NCBI GenBank assembly: GCA_902568235.1
Contig: CACFPS010000004.1
Span: forward strand, 29,217 to 93,216
From: an uncultured Pelagibacteraceae bacterium
GTDB taxonomy: Bacteria; Pseudomonadota; Alphaproteobacteria; Pelagibacterales; Pelagibacteraceae
Reading direction: 5' to 3'
Length of the DNA stretch: 64,000 nt
Shown: in pieces, positions 1 through 8,507 of the stretch
How the letters are laid out: the number at the start of each line of letters is the position of its first letter
Numbering within the stretch: the stretch's first letter is position 1
Notes under the pieces: model-generated
Databases searched by the model: none
The model's input: the letters and a program-made list of their open reading frames with translations, nothing else
What the model was told of the DNA's origin: nothing
Made by a program: the position numbers and the translations under genes

Positions 1-294
1 GAATTGTTTTTCACAGCAAATGGGTATTTTAATTTTATTACCCTTTGTTTTTTCTGTTCTCTTTAATTCTAAATTTTCAATTTTTTTTTTAATAATATTA
101 AAATTTGTTAACTTCAAATCAAAAGAAATTACTAATTTGTTATAGGATGGTGTAAGATTTGTAATTCCCTCAATCTCTTTTTCTTTAATGCTTTTAAAGT
201 ATTTTATTACTTTTGAATTTATTTCTTGATTTACTTCACTTCCAAAATCACAATATAAAGCTGCGTCACCAAGATTTGATATAATTTTTATCAT
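1..294 (-). CDS. pxpB: 5-oxoprolinase subunit B / allophanate hydrolase subunit 1 (KipI-like), N-terminal part, runs off the window
   Basis: Not in the ORF track. Reverse-strand translation from ATG at 294 gives MIKIISNLGDAALYCDFGSEVNQEINSKV...GITNLTPSYNKLVISFD, matching the PxpB N-terminal motifs (GD.AL, P(S/A)Y). Adjacent to pxpA. Confidence 0.85.
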   Translation of the reverse strand, partial: MIKIISNLGDAALYCDFGSEVNQEINSKVIKYFKSIKEKEIEGITNLTPSYNKLVISFDLKLTNFNIIKKKIENLELKRTEKTKGNKIKIPICCEKQF

Positions 295-322
295 GTCATG
301 TTATACTTCAACTAACAAAACT

Positions 323-1096
323 ATGGAAATTAATATCAATTGTGATTTAGGCGAAAAATCAAAACATCATTCTAATAAGCGTGATCCTGATTTACTAAAT
401 ATAGTAAATTCTGCTAATGTTGCCTGCGGCTATCATGCTGGTGATGATGAATCAATGAATCAAGTAATTGAAATATCTAAAAAAAACGGTGTTAGTATTG
501 GTGCACATCCTTCTTTTAATGACCCTGAAAATTTTGGAAGAAAAAGAATGAATTTATCATCTTCAGAAATTAGAAAATTAATAATTGATCAATATGCAAT
601 TTTGCAGGAAATAGCATCGAAACATGGTGAAAATGTAACTCACGTTAAGCCTCATGGAGCATTAAATAACATGGCCTGTGAAGATATTGAATTAGCTACA
701 ACTCTTGCAAAAGCAATAAATGAAATAAGTAAAGATCTTATTTATTTAGTTCCAACTGGATCTAAAATGGAAGAAGCTGCAAAAAAACTCAACATGAAAA
801 TAGCATGCGAAATATTTGCAGATCGTAACTATGAAGATAATGGAAACCTTGTTTCAAGAAAAAAACCTCATGCTCTAATTACTGATCCTGAGGAAGCTAA
901 AAGTCATGTTCTAAATATGGTAAAAAATCAGACAATTAATTGTCACAGTGGCAAGCAAATACCTTGTGAAATTGACTCAATTTGCATACATGGGGATAAT
1001 CAAAGTTCGTTAGCTACTGCAAATTCAATCAAATTAAATTTAATGAAAAATGGACTTGATTTAAAACCATTAAACAAAATGAAAAAATTTATTTGA
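323..1096 (+). CDS. pxpA: 5-oxoprolinase subunit A (LamB/YcsF family)
   Basis: ININCDLGE, ANVACGYHAGD, IGAHPS, HVKPHGALNN, EIFADRNY and SICIHGD motifs. ATG at 323 preferred over 293. Confidence 0.95.
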   Translation: MEININCDLGEKSKHHSNKRDPDLLNIVNSANVACGYHAGDDESMNQVIEISKKNGVSIGAHPSFNDPENFGRKRMNLSSSEIRKLIIDQYAILQEIASKHGENVTHVKPHGALNNMACEDIELATTLAKAINEISKDLIYLVPTGSKMEEAAKKLNMKIACEIFADRNYEDNGNLVSRKKPHALITDPEEAKSHVLNMVKNQTINCHSGKQIPCEIDSICIHGDNQSSLATANSIKLNLMKNGLDLKPLNKMKKFI

Positions 1097-1579
1097 ATGC
1101 TATTTAGAATTTTATCTTTAATAACTTTATTTTTTATACTTACAAATTATTCTTATTCTGCCGCTACATCGACTGGAGAGACAGAGTCAAATTATGATAA
1201 AGCTGCTAAATTAATAAAAACTGCAAAAAAATATGAATCTAAAGGTAAAGATAAAAAGGCAAAAAAAAGATATGAGAGAGCATTAAAATTTTTAGTCAAA
1301 GCCAACAAAGAAAAACCAAACCAAGCAGATACTTTGAATTACTTGGGATTTGCTACTAGAAAATTAGGAGATTATGAAAAAGGTGAAAAATATTATTTAT
1401 TAGGTTTAAAAGTTAACCCTAATCACAAAGGTATTAATGAATATCTAGGCGAACTATATGTTGTAACAAATCGAATTGATCTTGCTAAACAAAGATTAGA
1501 TGTTTTAAAACATTGTAATTGCGAAGAATACAATGAATTAAAAGAAATCATTGAAGGAAAAAAGCAATCTAAATATTAA
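1097..1579 (+). CDS. exported tetratricopeptide-repeat protein
   Basis: Signal-peptide-like N-terminus; TPR helices (ADTLNYLGFATRKLGDYEKGEKYY, EYLGELY); C-terminal CxC. Confidence 0.8.
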   Translation: MLFRILSLITLFFILTNYSYSAATSTGETESNYDKAAKLIKTAKKYESKGKDKKAKKRYERALKFLVKANKEKPNQADTLNYLGFATRKLGDYEKGEKYYLLGLKVNPNHKGINEYLGELYVVTNRIDLAKQRLDVLKHCNCEEYNELKEIIEGKKQSKY

Positions 1580-1583
1580 ATTT

Positions 1584-1967
1584 ATGCATATCATAGAAGC
1601 TTTTGGTAGAATATTTCTTTCTATCTTATTTTTATTTGAAGCTATAAGAAAGTTTTTGTTCCAAGTTGAAACCATTGATTACATGGAAAGCTTCGGTATA
1701 CCTGAGTTTCTTTTTTATCCTGCATTACTTTTTGAATTAGTAGTTCCAATTTTATTAATAGTTGGTTTTAAAACAAGAATTGCAGCAATAGCAATGTGTT
1801 TGTTTACAATGGTTGTTTCGATTATATTTCATTCTGAATTTGATAACCATATGCAAATTATTGCTTTTTTAAAAAATTTATCTATATCAGGTGGTTTTTT
1901 AATAATTGCTTCTTATGAAGCAAAAAAATTTACTATAGATTATTATCTAAAGTATAAAAAAAAATAA
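1584..1967 (+). CDS. DoxX family membrane protein
   Basis: GRIFLS, four hydrophobic segments, GFKTRIAA, FLKNLSISGG. Confidence 0.85.
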   Translation: MHIIEAFGRIFLSILFLFEAIRKFLFQVETIDYMESFGIPEFLFYPALLFELVVPILLIVGFKTRIAAIAMCLFTMVVSIIFHSEFDNHMQIIAFLKNLSISGGFLIIASYEAKKFTIDYYLKYKKK

Positions 1968-1994
1968 TATATGAAACAAACTGAGAGCACTGCT

Positions 1995-3488
1995 TTATTT
2001 TAAATATACAAATTTTTTATTTAAAAAATCGTATAATTTTAGAGAATTTATTTTAATTAACTTTTTATCTATTCTAAAAGTGGAAGTTCTAGGTAGCTTA
2101 TCAACATAACACCAATATCTAGGATTATAATTTTTTGGCAATTTTTTTTGAAAATATAATGCAACCTTATCTAGATTAGGTTTTTTATTATTTTTTGCCA
2201 TTAATAAAGCTATTATGTTTTCTTCTCCTATATCTGCCTTGGTAGATAAAATTGCACTTTCTGAAATATCGCTATGCATGTTTAAATTTGTCTCTATTTC
2301 CCATGAAGAAATATTTTCTCCTTTCACTCTTACAAAGTCTTTTAATCTTCCAATATAAAAGACATTACCCATTCTATCTATTTTTCCTAGGTCCCCAGTA
2401 TGAAGTCCATCTTTTTGAAAAAGCATTTTTGAAGATTTATTATCTTTATAATAGCCTTTTGTGAATAATCCTTTTTGTTTTTGATTTATAACTATCTCAC
2501 CTATTCCATTAATCTTATTAACTATCTTTAATTTAAACCAAGGTAGAACTCTTCCTATTGAGCCTAATTTATTTTTAAAATTTATTGTTGTAAAACTAGA
2601 GGCTTCTGTCATCCCATATACTTCTCTCAAAGGGATATTAAATCTTTCTTTAAACTCATGATAAGTTTCTTTTCTTGAACCGGCACCAAAGGCTAATTTG
2701 ACTTTATGATTTCTATCGATTTTTTTTGATTTTTTTTTTATAAGTATATCAAGAATTCCTCCTAAATAATGTAATTTTGTAATTTTATATTTCCTTATTT
2801 GTTTCCAAAATTTTTTTGCTGAAAATTTTTTTAGTAAAATAAATTTGCTACCTGCCATTAAGCAAAGTATCAATACTTCTATTCCTCCAATATGTGATAA
2901 GGACTCCCATAAAAGAAACCTATCCTTATTTTTTATATCACAGGCTATTCCAGTCGCATAAGCCGATGCTATTAACATTTTATCACTCACTATAACACCT
3001 TTTGGTGGTCCCGTTGTCCCTGATGTAAATAAAATACATTTAATATTTTTTTTAAATTTTAAATTATAATCGTGTGTTGATTGTGAAATATTCTTTAGAT
3101 CTTTATTCACAATAATTATTTTTTTGCTAAATTTTTTTTCTAAATTATTTTTTGTCTTAGTAAAAATAGCTTTTGGGTTAACTAATTGTACAATATAGTC
3201 TAGACCAATGCCTTTCCTTTTTGGTTCTATAGGCACCCAAACAATGCCCAAGGAAAGACAGGAAAGAAAAAGGATTATCTGCTCATAAGAGTTATCTAAT
3301 AAACAAACTACTTTATCTTTATTTTTAAAACCTTTTTTTAATAGTCCTGTCCTTGTTTTCAAAATTTTATTATATAATTCTAATCTACTGATTTTTTTAT
3401 TTCCACAAATAAAAATAGTTTTATTTTTTTCTTTTCTTGATAAATTTTTTATTAATTTATTTACTGAAACTTTAGGTAATTTTTGCAT
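1995..3488 (-). CDS. AMP-binding acyl-CoA ligase, CaiC (crotonobetaine/carnitine-CoA ligase)-like
   Basis: FTSGTTGPPKG, YGMTE, HTGDLG, GRLKDFVRVKGENISSWEIE. Confidence 0.85.
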   Translation of the reverse strand: MQKLPKVSVNKLIKNLSRKEKNKTIFICGNKKISRLELYNKILKTRTGLLKKGFKNKDKVVCLLDNSYEQIILFLSCLSLGIVWVPIEPKRKGIGLDYIVQLVNPKAIFTKTKNNLEKKFSKKIIIVNKDLKNISQSTHDYNLKFKKNIKCILFTSGTTGPPKGVIVSDKMLIASAYATGIACDIKNKDRFLLWESLSHIGGIEVLILCLMAGSKFILLKKFSAKKFWKQIRKYKITKLHYLGGILDILIKKKSKKIDRNHKVKLAFGAGSRKETYHEFKERFNIPLREVYGMTEASSFTTINFKNKLGSIGRVLPWFKLKIVNKINGIGEIVINQKQKGLFTKGYYKDNKSSKMLFQKDGLHTGDLGKIDRMGNVFYIGRLKDFVRVKGENISSWEIETNLNMHSDISESAILSTKADIGEENIIALLMAKNNKKPNLDKVALYFQKKLPKNYNPRYWCYVDKLPRTSTFRIDKKLIKINSLKLYDFLNKKFVYLK

Positions 3489-3503
3489 TTACTGAGAAAT
3501 ATT

Positions 3504-4253
3504 TTATTTTTTTAAAAAATATTTAGTTTTTTTTTGAGGCTCGCCTGAATTAAATGACTGCTTATGGTATTTTTTTGCTTTTTTAAAAACTTCATTCATA
3601 TCTTTTTTAAATATTTCCCATATTCTTTTTTTTGTAAGCTTCATTGCTCTTTCAGGTTTTTCCGATAATTGTTTGGCTATTTTTATTGACAAAGACATAA
3701 CTTTTTCTTTTTGTGTTAGATAATTTATAATTCCATTTTTTTTTGCTTCTTTTCCGTCTATCAAGTCACCAGTTAGACATAAATGAATAGTTTTTGACAT
3801 TCCAAGTACTTTTTCAATAATCCAAGGCCCAATTATACTTACAACTCCAGAATTAATCTCCACTTGACCAAATCTTGCTTGAGGGTGTGAAATTCTTATA
3901 TCTGTTAATAAAGCTAGCTGAAAACCTGATCCTGCCGCTACTCCATTTATTGCACCAATTATAGGTATCTCGGCTGATCTGATTGCTGTATAAACTTGTT
4001 TAAACTCTTTTAACCATTGATTAACATTTTTTGATTTAAAATTTTTTATCTCGTTTAAATCTTGCCCTGAACAGAAAGCTTTTTTACCGGATCCAGTTAT
4101 AATTATTGCTTTTATGTGTTTTCTTTTCTTAATTTTTGAAAAAATATTACATATTTGCTTACGCATTTTACTATTCCAAGCATTTAAAGTTTTTTCTCTA
4201 TTTAAAGTTAATATTGCAATATTTTTTTTTTCTTTAAATATTATGTCAGACAT
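3504..4253 (-). CDS. enoyl-CoA hydratase/isomerase (crotonase) family protein
   Basis: TLNR..LNA, AFCSGQDL, AINGVAAGSGFQLAL.TDIR, FGQVE. Confidence 0.9.
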   Translation of the reverse strand: MSDIIFKEKKNIAILTLNREKTLNAWNSKMRKQICNIFSKIKKRKHIKAIIITGSGKKAFCSGQDLNEIKNFKSKNVNQWLKEFKQVYTAIRSAEIPIIGAINGVAAGSGFQLALLTDIRISHPQARFGQVEINSGVVSIIGPWIIEKVLGMSKTIHLCLTGDLIDGKEAKKNGIINYLTQKEKVMSLSIKIAKQLSEKPERAMKLTKKRIWEIFKKDMNEVFKKAKKYHKQSFNSGEPQKKTKYFLKK

Positions 4254-4259
4254 TAATGT

Positions 4260-5573
4260 TTAGCCTGCGCCAGGACCTTTTATGGTGCTAGGTAAGTATG
4301 TGGCTAACTCAGGAAAACCTATCATGATAAATACCATTACAACCATCATTAAAAACATTGGTAGTGCTGATTTTGCTAAAAATAACATTTCATGCTTGGT
4401 CATGCCTTGTAAAACAAACAAATTAAATCCTACAGGTGGCGTTATTTGTGCCATTTCAACAAGTACTGTTAAATAAATTCCAAACCAAATTACATCTATG
4501 CCAGCATTTCTTATCATCGGTTCAATTACGGCCATAGTTAAAACAATAGAAGATATGCCATCTAAAAAACATCCTAGAACTATATAAAAAACCATCAAGC
4601 ACAAGAGTAATTCTAAATTAGATAATCCAAGAGAAGATATCCATTCAGCAATAGATCTTGGTAAACCTGTAAAACCCATAGACATTGTTAAAAATGCACC
4701 ACCGGCCAAAATAAAAGCTATCATACATGAAGTTTTTGTAGCACCAATTAAACTTGCAAAAAATGTTTTAAAATTTAAAGAGCCTTGTAAAGTTGCAAGA
4801 GATAAAGCGCCAACTACTCCAAAGGCAGCAGCTTCCGTTGGAGTGGCCCAACCCATGTACATTGAACCAATTACAAATACAATAAGTGAAAAAATTGGAA
4901 TTAAAAATTTTGAACTTTTGACCTTTTCCAAAAAACTGACTTGAGGATCTTTTGGAGGCATCTTTTTCTTATTTATTGTCGCCCAAACACCTACATACAA
5001 CATAAAGAGACCAGCTAATACCAAACCCGGGAGTATTCCAGCCATAAATAGCTGAACTATGGACTCGTTAATAGTAACTCCATATACAATTAATGTTAGT
5101 GATGGTGGTATCATAAGCCCTAATGTTGCTGATCCCGCAAGCGTTCCTATGGTTAAATTTTCTGGATAATTTCTTCTTCTTAATTCTGGAATTGACATCT
5201 TTCCAACTGTTGTAAGTGTTGCGGCTGATGAACCTGATACAGCGGCAAAAAAAGTAGAGCCAACTATATTTGTATGCAAAAGTCTCCCTGGTAAATTATT
5301 CATCCATGGTGACAATCCTTTGAATAAATCTTCTGATAAACGTGTCCTATAAAGTATTTCGCCCATCCATATAAAAAGAGGTAAAGCTGTTAAAGACCAA
5401 CTTGAAGATGTTGTCCATATAGTTGTAATCATTGCATCTCCTGCTGGACGTACAGTAAACAATTCCATACCTACATAGGCTACTCCCATTAGGGCAAGGC
5501 CTATCCAGACACCGCTACCTAAAAGAAAAAATAATGTGAATAAAAAAATTACTGTGAGATATAAATTTTCCAT
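4260..5573 (-). CDS. dctM: TRAP transporter large permease (DctM family)
   Basis: ALPLFIWMGE, SGSSAAT, LGLMIPPS, TPTEAA, AQITPPVG. Confidence 0.95.
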   Translation of the reverse strand: MENLYLTVIFLFTLFFLLGSGVWIGLALMGVAYVGMELFTVRPAGDAMITTIWTTSSSWSLTALPLFIWMGEILYRTRLSEDLFKGLSPWMNNLPGRLLHTNIVGSTFFAAVSGSSAATLTTVGKMSIPELRRRNYPENLTIGTLAGSATLGLMIPPSLTLIVYGVTINESIVQLFMAGILPGLVLAGLFMLYVGVWATINKKKMPPKDPQVSFLEKVKSSKFLIPIFSLIVFVIGSMYMGWATPTEAAAFGVVGALSLATLQGSLNFKTFFASLIGATKTSCMIAFILAGGAFLTMSMGFTGLPRSIAEWISSLGLSNLELLLCLMVFYIVLGCFLDGISSIVLTMAVIEPMIRNAGIDVIWFGIYLTVLVEMAQITPPVGFNLFVLQGMTKHEMLFLAKSALPMFLMMVVMVFIMIGFPELATYLPSTIKGPGAG

Positions 5574-5576
5574 AAT

Positions 5577-6122
5577 TTATTCCGTATCAATTGCTTTTTC
5601 ATCTTTAACTTTCCATGCTATTTCTAAATCTTCATACTTAAAGAAGATTGATTGATAAAATCTGTCTAAAAAAGCTATCGCTAATATTAAAGTACCAATT
5701 ACCATTACCATTTGAGGTATCCACATCGGCCAAGCATCATCTTGCTGTGAAATATCGTTTAAAATATAAGAAAAATAAGCTCCTCTTGATGCGTAATAAA
5801 AAAAATATATAGCTAAAACTGAACCAATTCCATAACACCATCTTTCGCCCCATTTTTTATTTTTTCCTAATTTATTTAATAAGATTCTTACTCTTATGTG
5901 TCCATCTTGATGCAGTGTATAAGCCATAGCCAAAAAAGCAGAGGCTGCCATGGAATACCCCGCATAAGCAGTTGCGCCCATTACAACAAAACCTGTCCAT
6001 CTCGCGATCATCTGAACACATATTATTACGAGAATACAAACTAAAAAAAACGCAGCTAGGTATGCAGCAGTTAGATAAAGTTTATCTAAAAAATTCCTGA
6101 CTGGATGTATCTTTTCTTCCAT
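5577..6122 (-). CDS. dctQ: TRAP transporter small permease (DctQ family)
   Basis: Four TM segments, GHIRV motif, P.WIPQ; lies between dctP and dctM. Confidence 0.93.
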   Translation of the reverse strand: MEEKIHPVRNFLDKLYLTAAYLAAFFLVCILVIICVQMIARWTGFVVMGATAYAGYSMAASAFLAMAYTLHQDGHIRVRILLNKLGKNKKWGERWCYGIGSVLAIYFFYYASRGAYFSYILNDISQQDDAWPMWIPQMVMVIGTLILAIAFLDRFYQSIFFKYEDLEIAWKVKDEKAIDTE

Positions 6123-6129
6123 AATATCT

Positions 6130-6167
6130 AAAAAAAATTGAGTCCAAAATTAATTGGACTCAATTTT
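6130..6167 (-). terminator. intrinsic terminator / mRNA-stabilising hairpin between dctP and dctQ
   Basis: Perfect 14-bp inverted repeat AAAATTGAGTCCAA-aattaa-TTGGACTCAATTTT (6134-6167) ending in a U-run on the minus strand. Confidence 0.75.
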
Positions 6168-6178
6168 AATTATTTTTT

Positions 6179-7162
6179 CTATTTTTCTGATTTGAAACCA
6201 TCGATGATTTTAGCACCGACAGATCCAGCATTAGCAATCCATTCATCAGACATTGTCTTACCAATAGATTCTAAATCAGATCTTAATTGACCTTTAGCTT
6301 TAGTAACAGTCATTCCGTTGGCAGCTAATTGTGTTAAATACCAACCAGAAAGTTGTTCTGATCTAGCTGTACCTGCTGCTTCAGCCATTTTTGCTACTCC
6401 CATAATGATGTTTTGGTTTTCTTTACTTAGTTTGTTCCAAGTTTTTTTATTAACCATTACATAATTTCTTGGCAGCCAAGCATTAACTTCATAGAAGTGA
6501 GACAAATGTTCCCAAACTTTTCTATCATAGCCAGTAGCACCAGAAGATACAAATGAAGACGCTACACCTGTAGCCAAAGCTTGAGATAATTCTGCGGCTT
6601 CAACTTGAACAGGTAGCATGCCCATTAGTTCTGCTATTCTTGCTGTAGAATTGTTATAAGATCTAAATTTTATACCTTTGGTATCAGCTACAGAATTAAT
6701 TTCTTTATTGAAATATAATCCTTGTGAAGGCCAAGGCACTCCATAAAGTAGAACCAAACCTTGCTTGTCTAATATTTTTTCTAACTCAGGTCTTAAATGT
6801 TTCCATAATTTAGCCGAATCTTCATAAGATGTTGCTAAAAAAGGAATAGAGTCTGTTCCAAATATTAAACTTTCATTTTGGTGTCCTGATAACAATCTCT
6901 CACCTATCGGAACTTGTCCAGTTTGAATTGCTTTTTTAATTTCACCACCCTTAAAAAGTGATCCACCAGCATGAACTGTAATATCAATTTCACCACCCGT
7001 TGCTATTCTTACAGCATCAGCAAACATAACTCCATTCTGGCTATGAAAGTTTGTTGCAGAATAAGCCATAGGCATATCCCATTTTTCTGCAGCATTTGAA
7101 TTTACTGTTGCAAATAAAGAGACAGCTAAAATTGAAATAAGACTAAATATTTTTTTAATCAT
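6179..7162 (-). CDS. dctP: TRAP transporter solute-binding protein (DctP; resembles the pyroglutamate-binding DctP6/DctP7 subgroup)
   Basis: Signal peptide; KWDMPMAY..NFH, IGERLL, DSIPFLAT, PWPSQG, KFRSY, AELSQALATG, AWLPRN, recalled as similar to Bordetella DctP6. Confidence 0.9.
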   Translation of the reverse strand: MIKKIFSLISILAVSLFATVNSNAAEKWDMPMAYSATNFHSQNGVMFADAVRIATGGEIDITVHAGGSLFKGGEIKKAIQTGQVPIGERLLSGHQNESLIFGTDSIPFLATSYEDSAKLWKHLRPELEKILDKQGLVLLYGVPWPSQGLYFNKEINSVADTKGIKFRSYNNSTARIAELMGMLPVQVEAAELSQALATGVASSFVSSGATGYDRKVWEHLSHFYEVNAWLPRNYVMVNKKTWNKLSKENQNIIMGVAKMAEAAGTARSEQLSGWYLTQLAANGMTVTKAKGQLRSDLESIGKTMSDEWIANAGSVGAKIIDGFKSEK

Positions 7163-7246
7163 TATTTTTCCTCTCTTATTAATTAGTTGTTAATTAAAAT
7201 CAATTTCAACAGATTAAATGCAAAATTTCAATAGACATAATAAAAA

Positions 7247-7263
7247 TACAATCTTAGATTGTA
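7247..7263. promoter_or_regulatory. candidate transcription-factor operator upstream of dctP
   Basis: Perfect 8-1-8 palindrome TACAATCT-T-AGATTGTA about 85 bp upstream of the dctP start. Confidence 0.4.
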
Positions 7264-7265
7264 AG

Positions 7266-8507
7266 TTATCTTGCTGGACTATACGGTGTTAAATCATATT
7301 GATCATTATCTCTTAAAATGTTTTTACCTATCATTTCTCCAGTTTTGGGCGCAGCAGTAAGACCAATATGATGATGTCCGTAAGCAAAAAAAACTTTATT
7401 ATCTTTTTTTGATGGTCCAATAATTGGAAGACTATCAACGGTGGATGGCCTGTGACCACTCCATTCTTCTTTTTTGCTATAAGTAATTCCAGGAAACATT
7501 GATTTTGCATTTCTTAATAAAAGCTCATATGCTTTATGATTTGGTTTATAATTCATGCTACCAAACTCAACAAGTCCAGCAAATCTTATTCCAGTGGGTC
7601 TTGGAGTAATGGCCAGTTTAAGGTATCCATTCATTATTGGGTATTTTATTCTGATATTTGTTTCAAATAATTCTAAATGATATCCTCTCTCTGACTGAAT
7701 AGGCACTTCCACGCCAAATTTTTTTGAAAAAGATTCCGAATATATTCCTGAAGAAATTAAAATATTATCAGCGTTTAAATTATTATTTTTAGTTTTAATC
7801 TCAAGTTTGTTATCTTTTGAAATAATATCTAAAACTTCATCTTCTATAATTTCGCCTCCTAAGTCTTTAAACCCATTTATTAAATCATCTAAATAATTTT
7901 GACTATTTGATATATATCCTTGATCATCAATTTTTATTGCAAATTGATATTCATTTGAAATTCCGGGTAATAAATTTTTAAGCTGGTCCTTTTCTAATTC
8001 AATTAAATTAAATCCATGCTTTTTTCTTAGATCCCAAGTAAATGAATCTTTCAAAAAATCATTTTTGTTTTTGTAAACAAATATAAATGGTGATTCTTCA
8101 ATCCACTTGATTGCTTTGGTTCCTTCTGCTAACTTTTTATGCTCCTTTATACTGTCTGAAAGAAGTGAGGCTAAATGTTTAGAAATATATTCAACTTTAT
8201 CAACTTTCGCATAAGATAAATATTTTAATAAAAATGGAATAGTTTTTAAAATACCCGGAAATCTAAAAAAAAGCGGTCCATCCTTTGAAAATAACATTTT
8301 AGGTATTTTGCTAAACATTCCAGGCATAACTACTGGGGTAATAGATGAACCTGCCAACCAAGAAGCATTTCCATAAGAAGCCGGTTTACCTTTAAAGTCT
8401 TTATCTATTAATGTAACTTTACAACCTCTTCTAATTAAATATAGTGCTGAAGATATTCCTATAATTCCAGCGCCCGCTATAACAATATTTTTTTTTTCTA
8501 AATTCAT
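7266..8507 (-). CDS. FAD-dependent D-amino acid dehydrogenase (DadA/DAO family)
   Basis: IAGAGIIG, ASYGNA, ERGYH, WSGHRPSTVDSLPIIG, GHHHIGLT. ATG at 8507 overlaps the upstream stop (TAATG). Confidence 0.88.
   Translation of the reverse strand: MNLEKKNIVIAGAGIIGISSALYLIRRGCKVTLIDKDFKGKPASYGNASWLAGSSITPVVMPGMFSKIPKMLFSKDGPLFFRFPGILKTIPFLLKYLSYAKVDKVEYISKHLASLLSDSIKEHKKLAEGTKAIKWIEESPFIFVYKNKNDFLKDSFTWDLRKKHGFNLIELEKDQLKNLLPGISNEYQFAIKIDDQGYISNSQNYLDDLINGFKDLGGEIIEDEVLDIISKDNKLEIKTKNNNLNADNILISSGIYSESFSKKFGVEVPIQSERGYHLELFETNIRIKYPIMNGYLKLAITPRPTGIRFAGLVEFGSMNYKPNHKAYELLLRNAKSMFPGITYSKKEEWSGHRPSTVDSLPIIGPSKKDNKVFFAYGHHHIGLTAAPKTGEMIGKNILRDNDQYDLTPYSPAR

Noticed and set aside
7179-7193. TTAA-N7-TTAA (CtrA-like box) upstream of dctP
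   Set aside because: An all-AT motif expected often by chance at this base composition.
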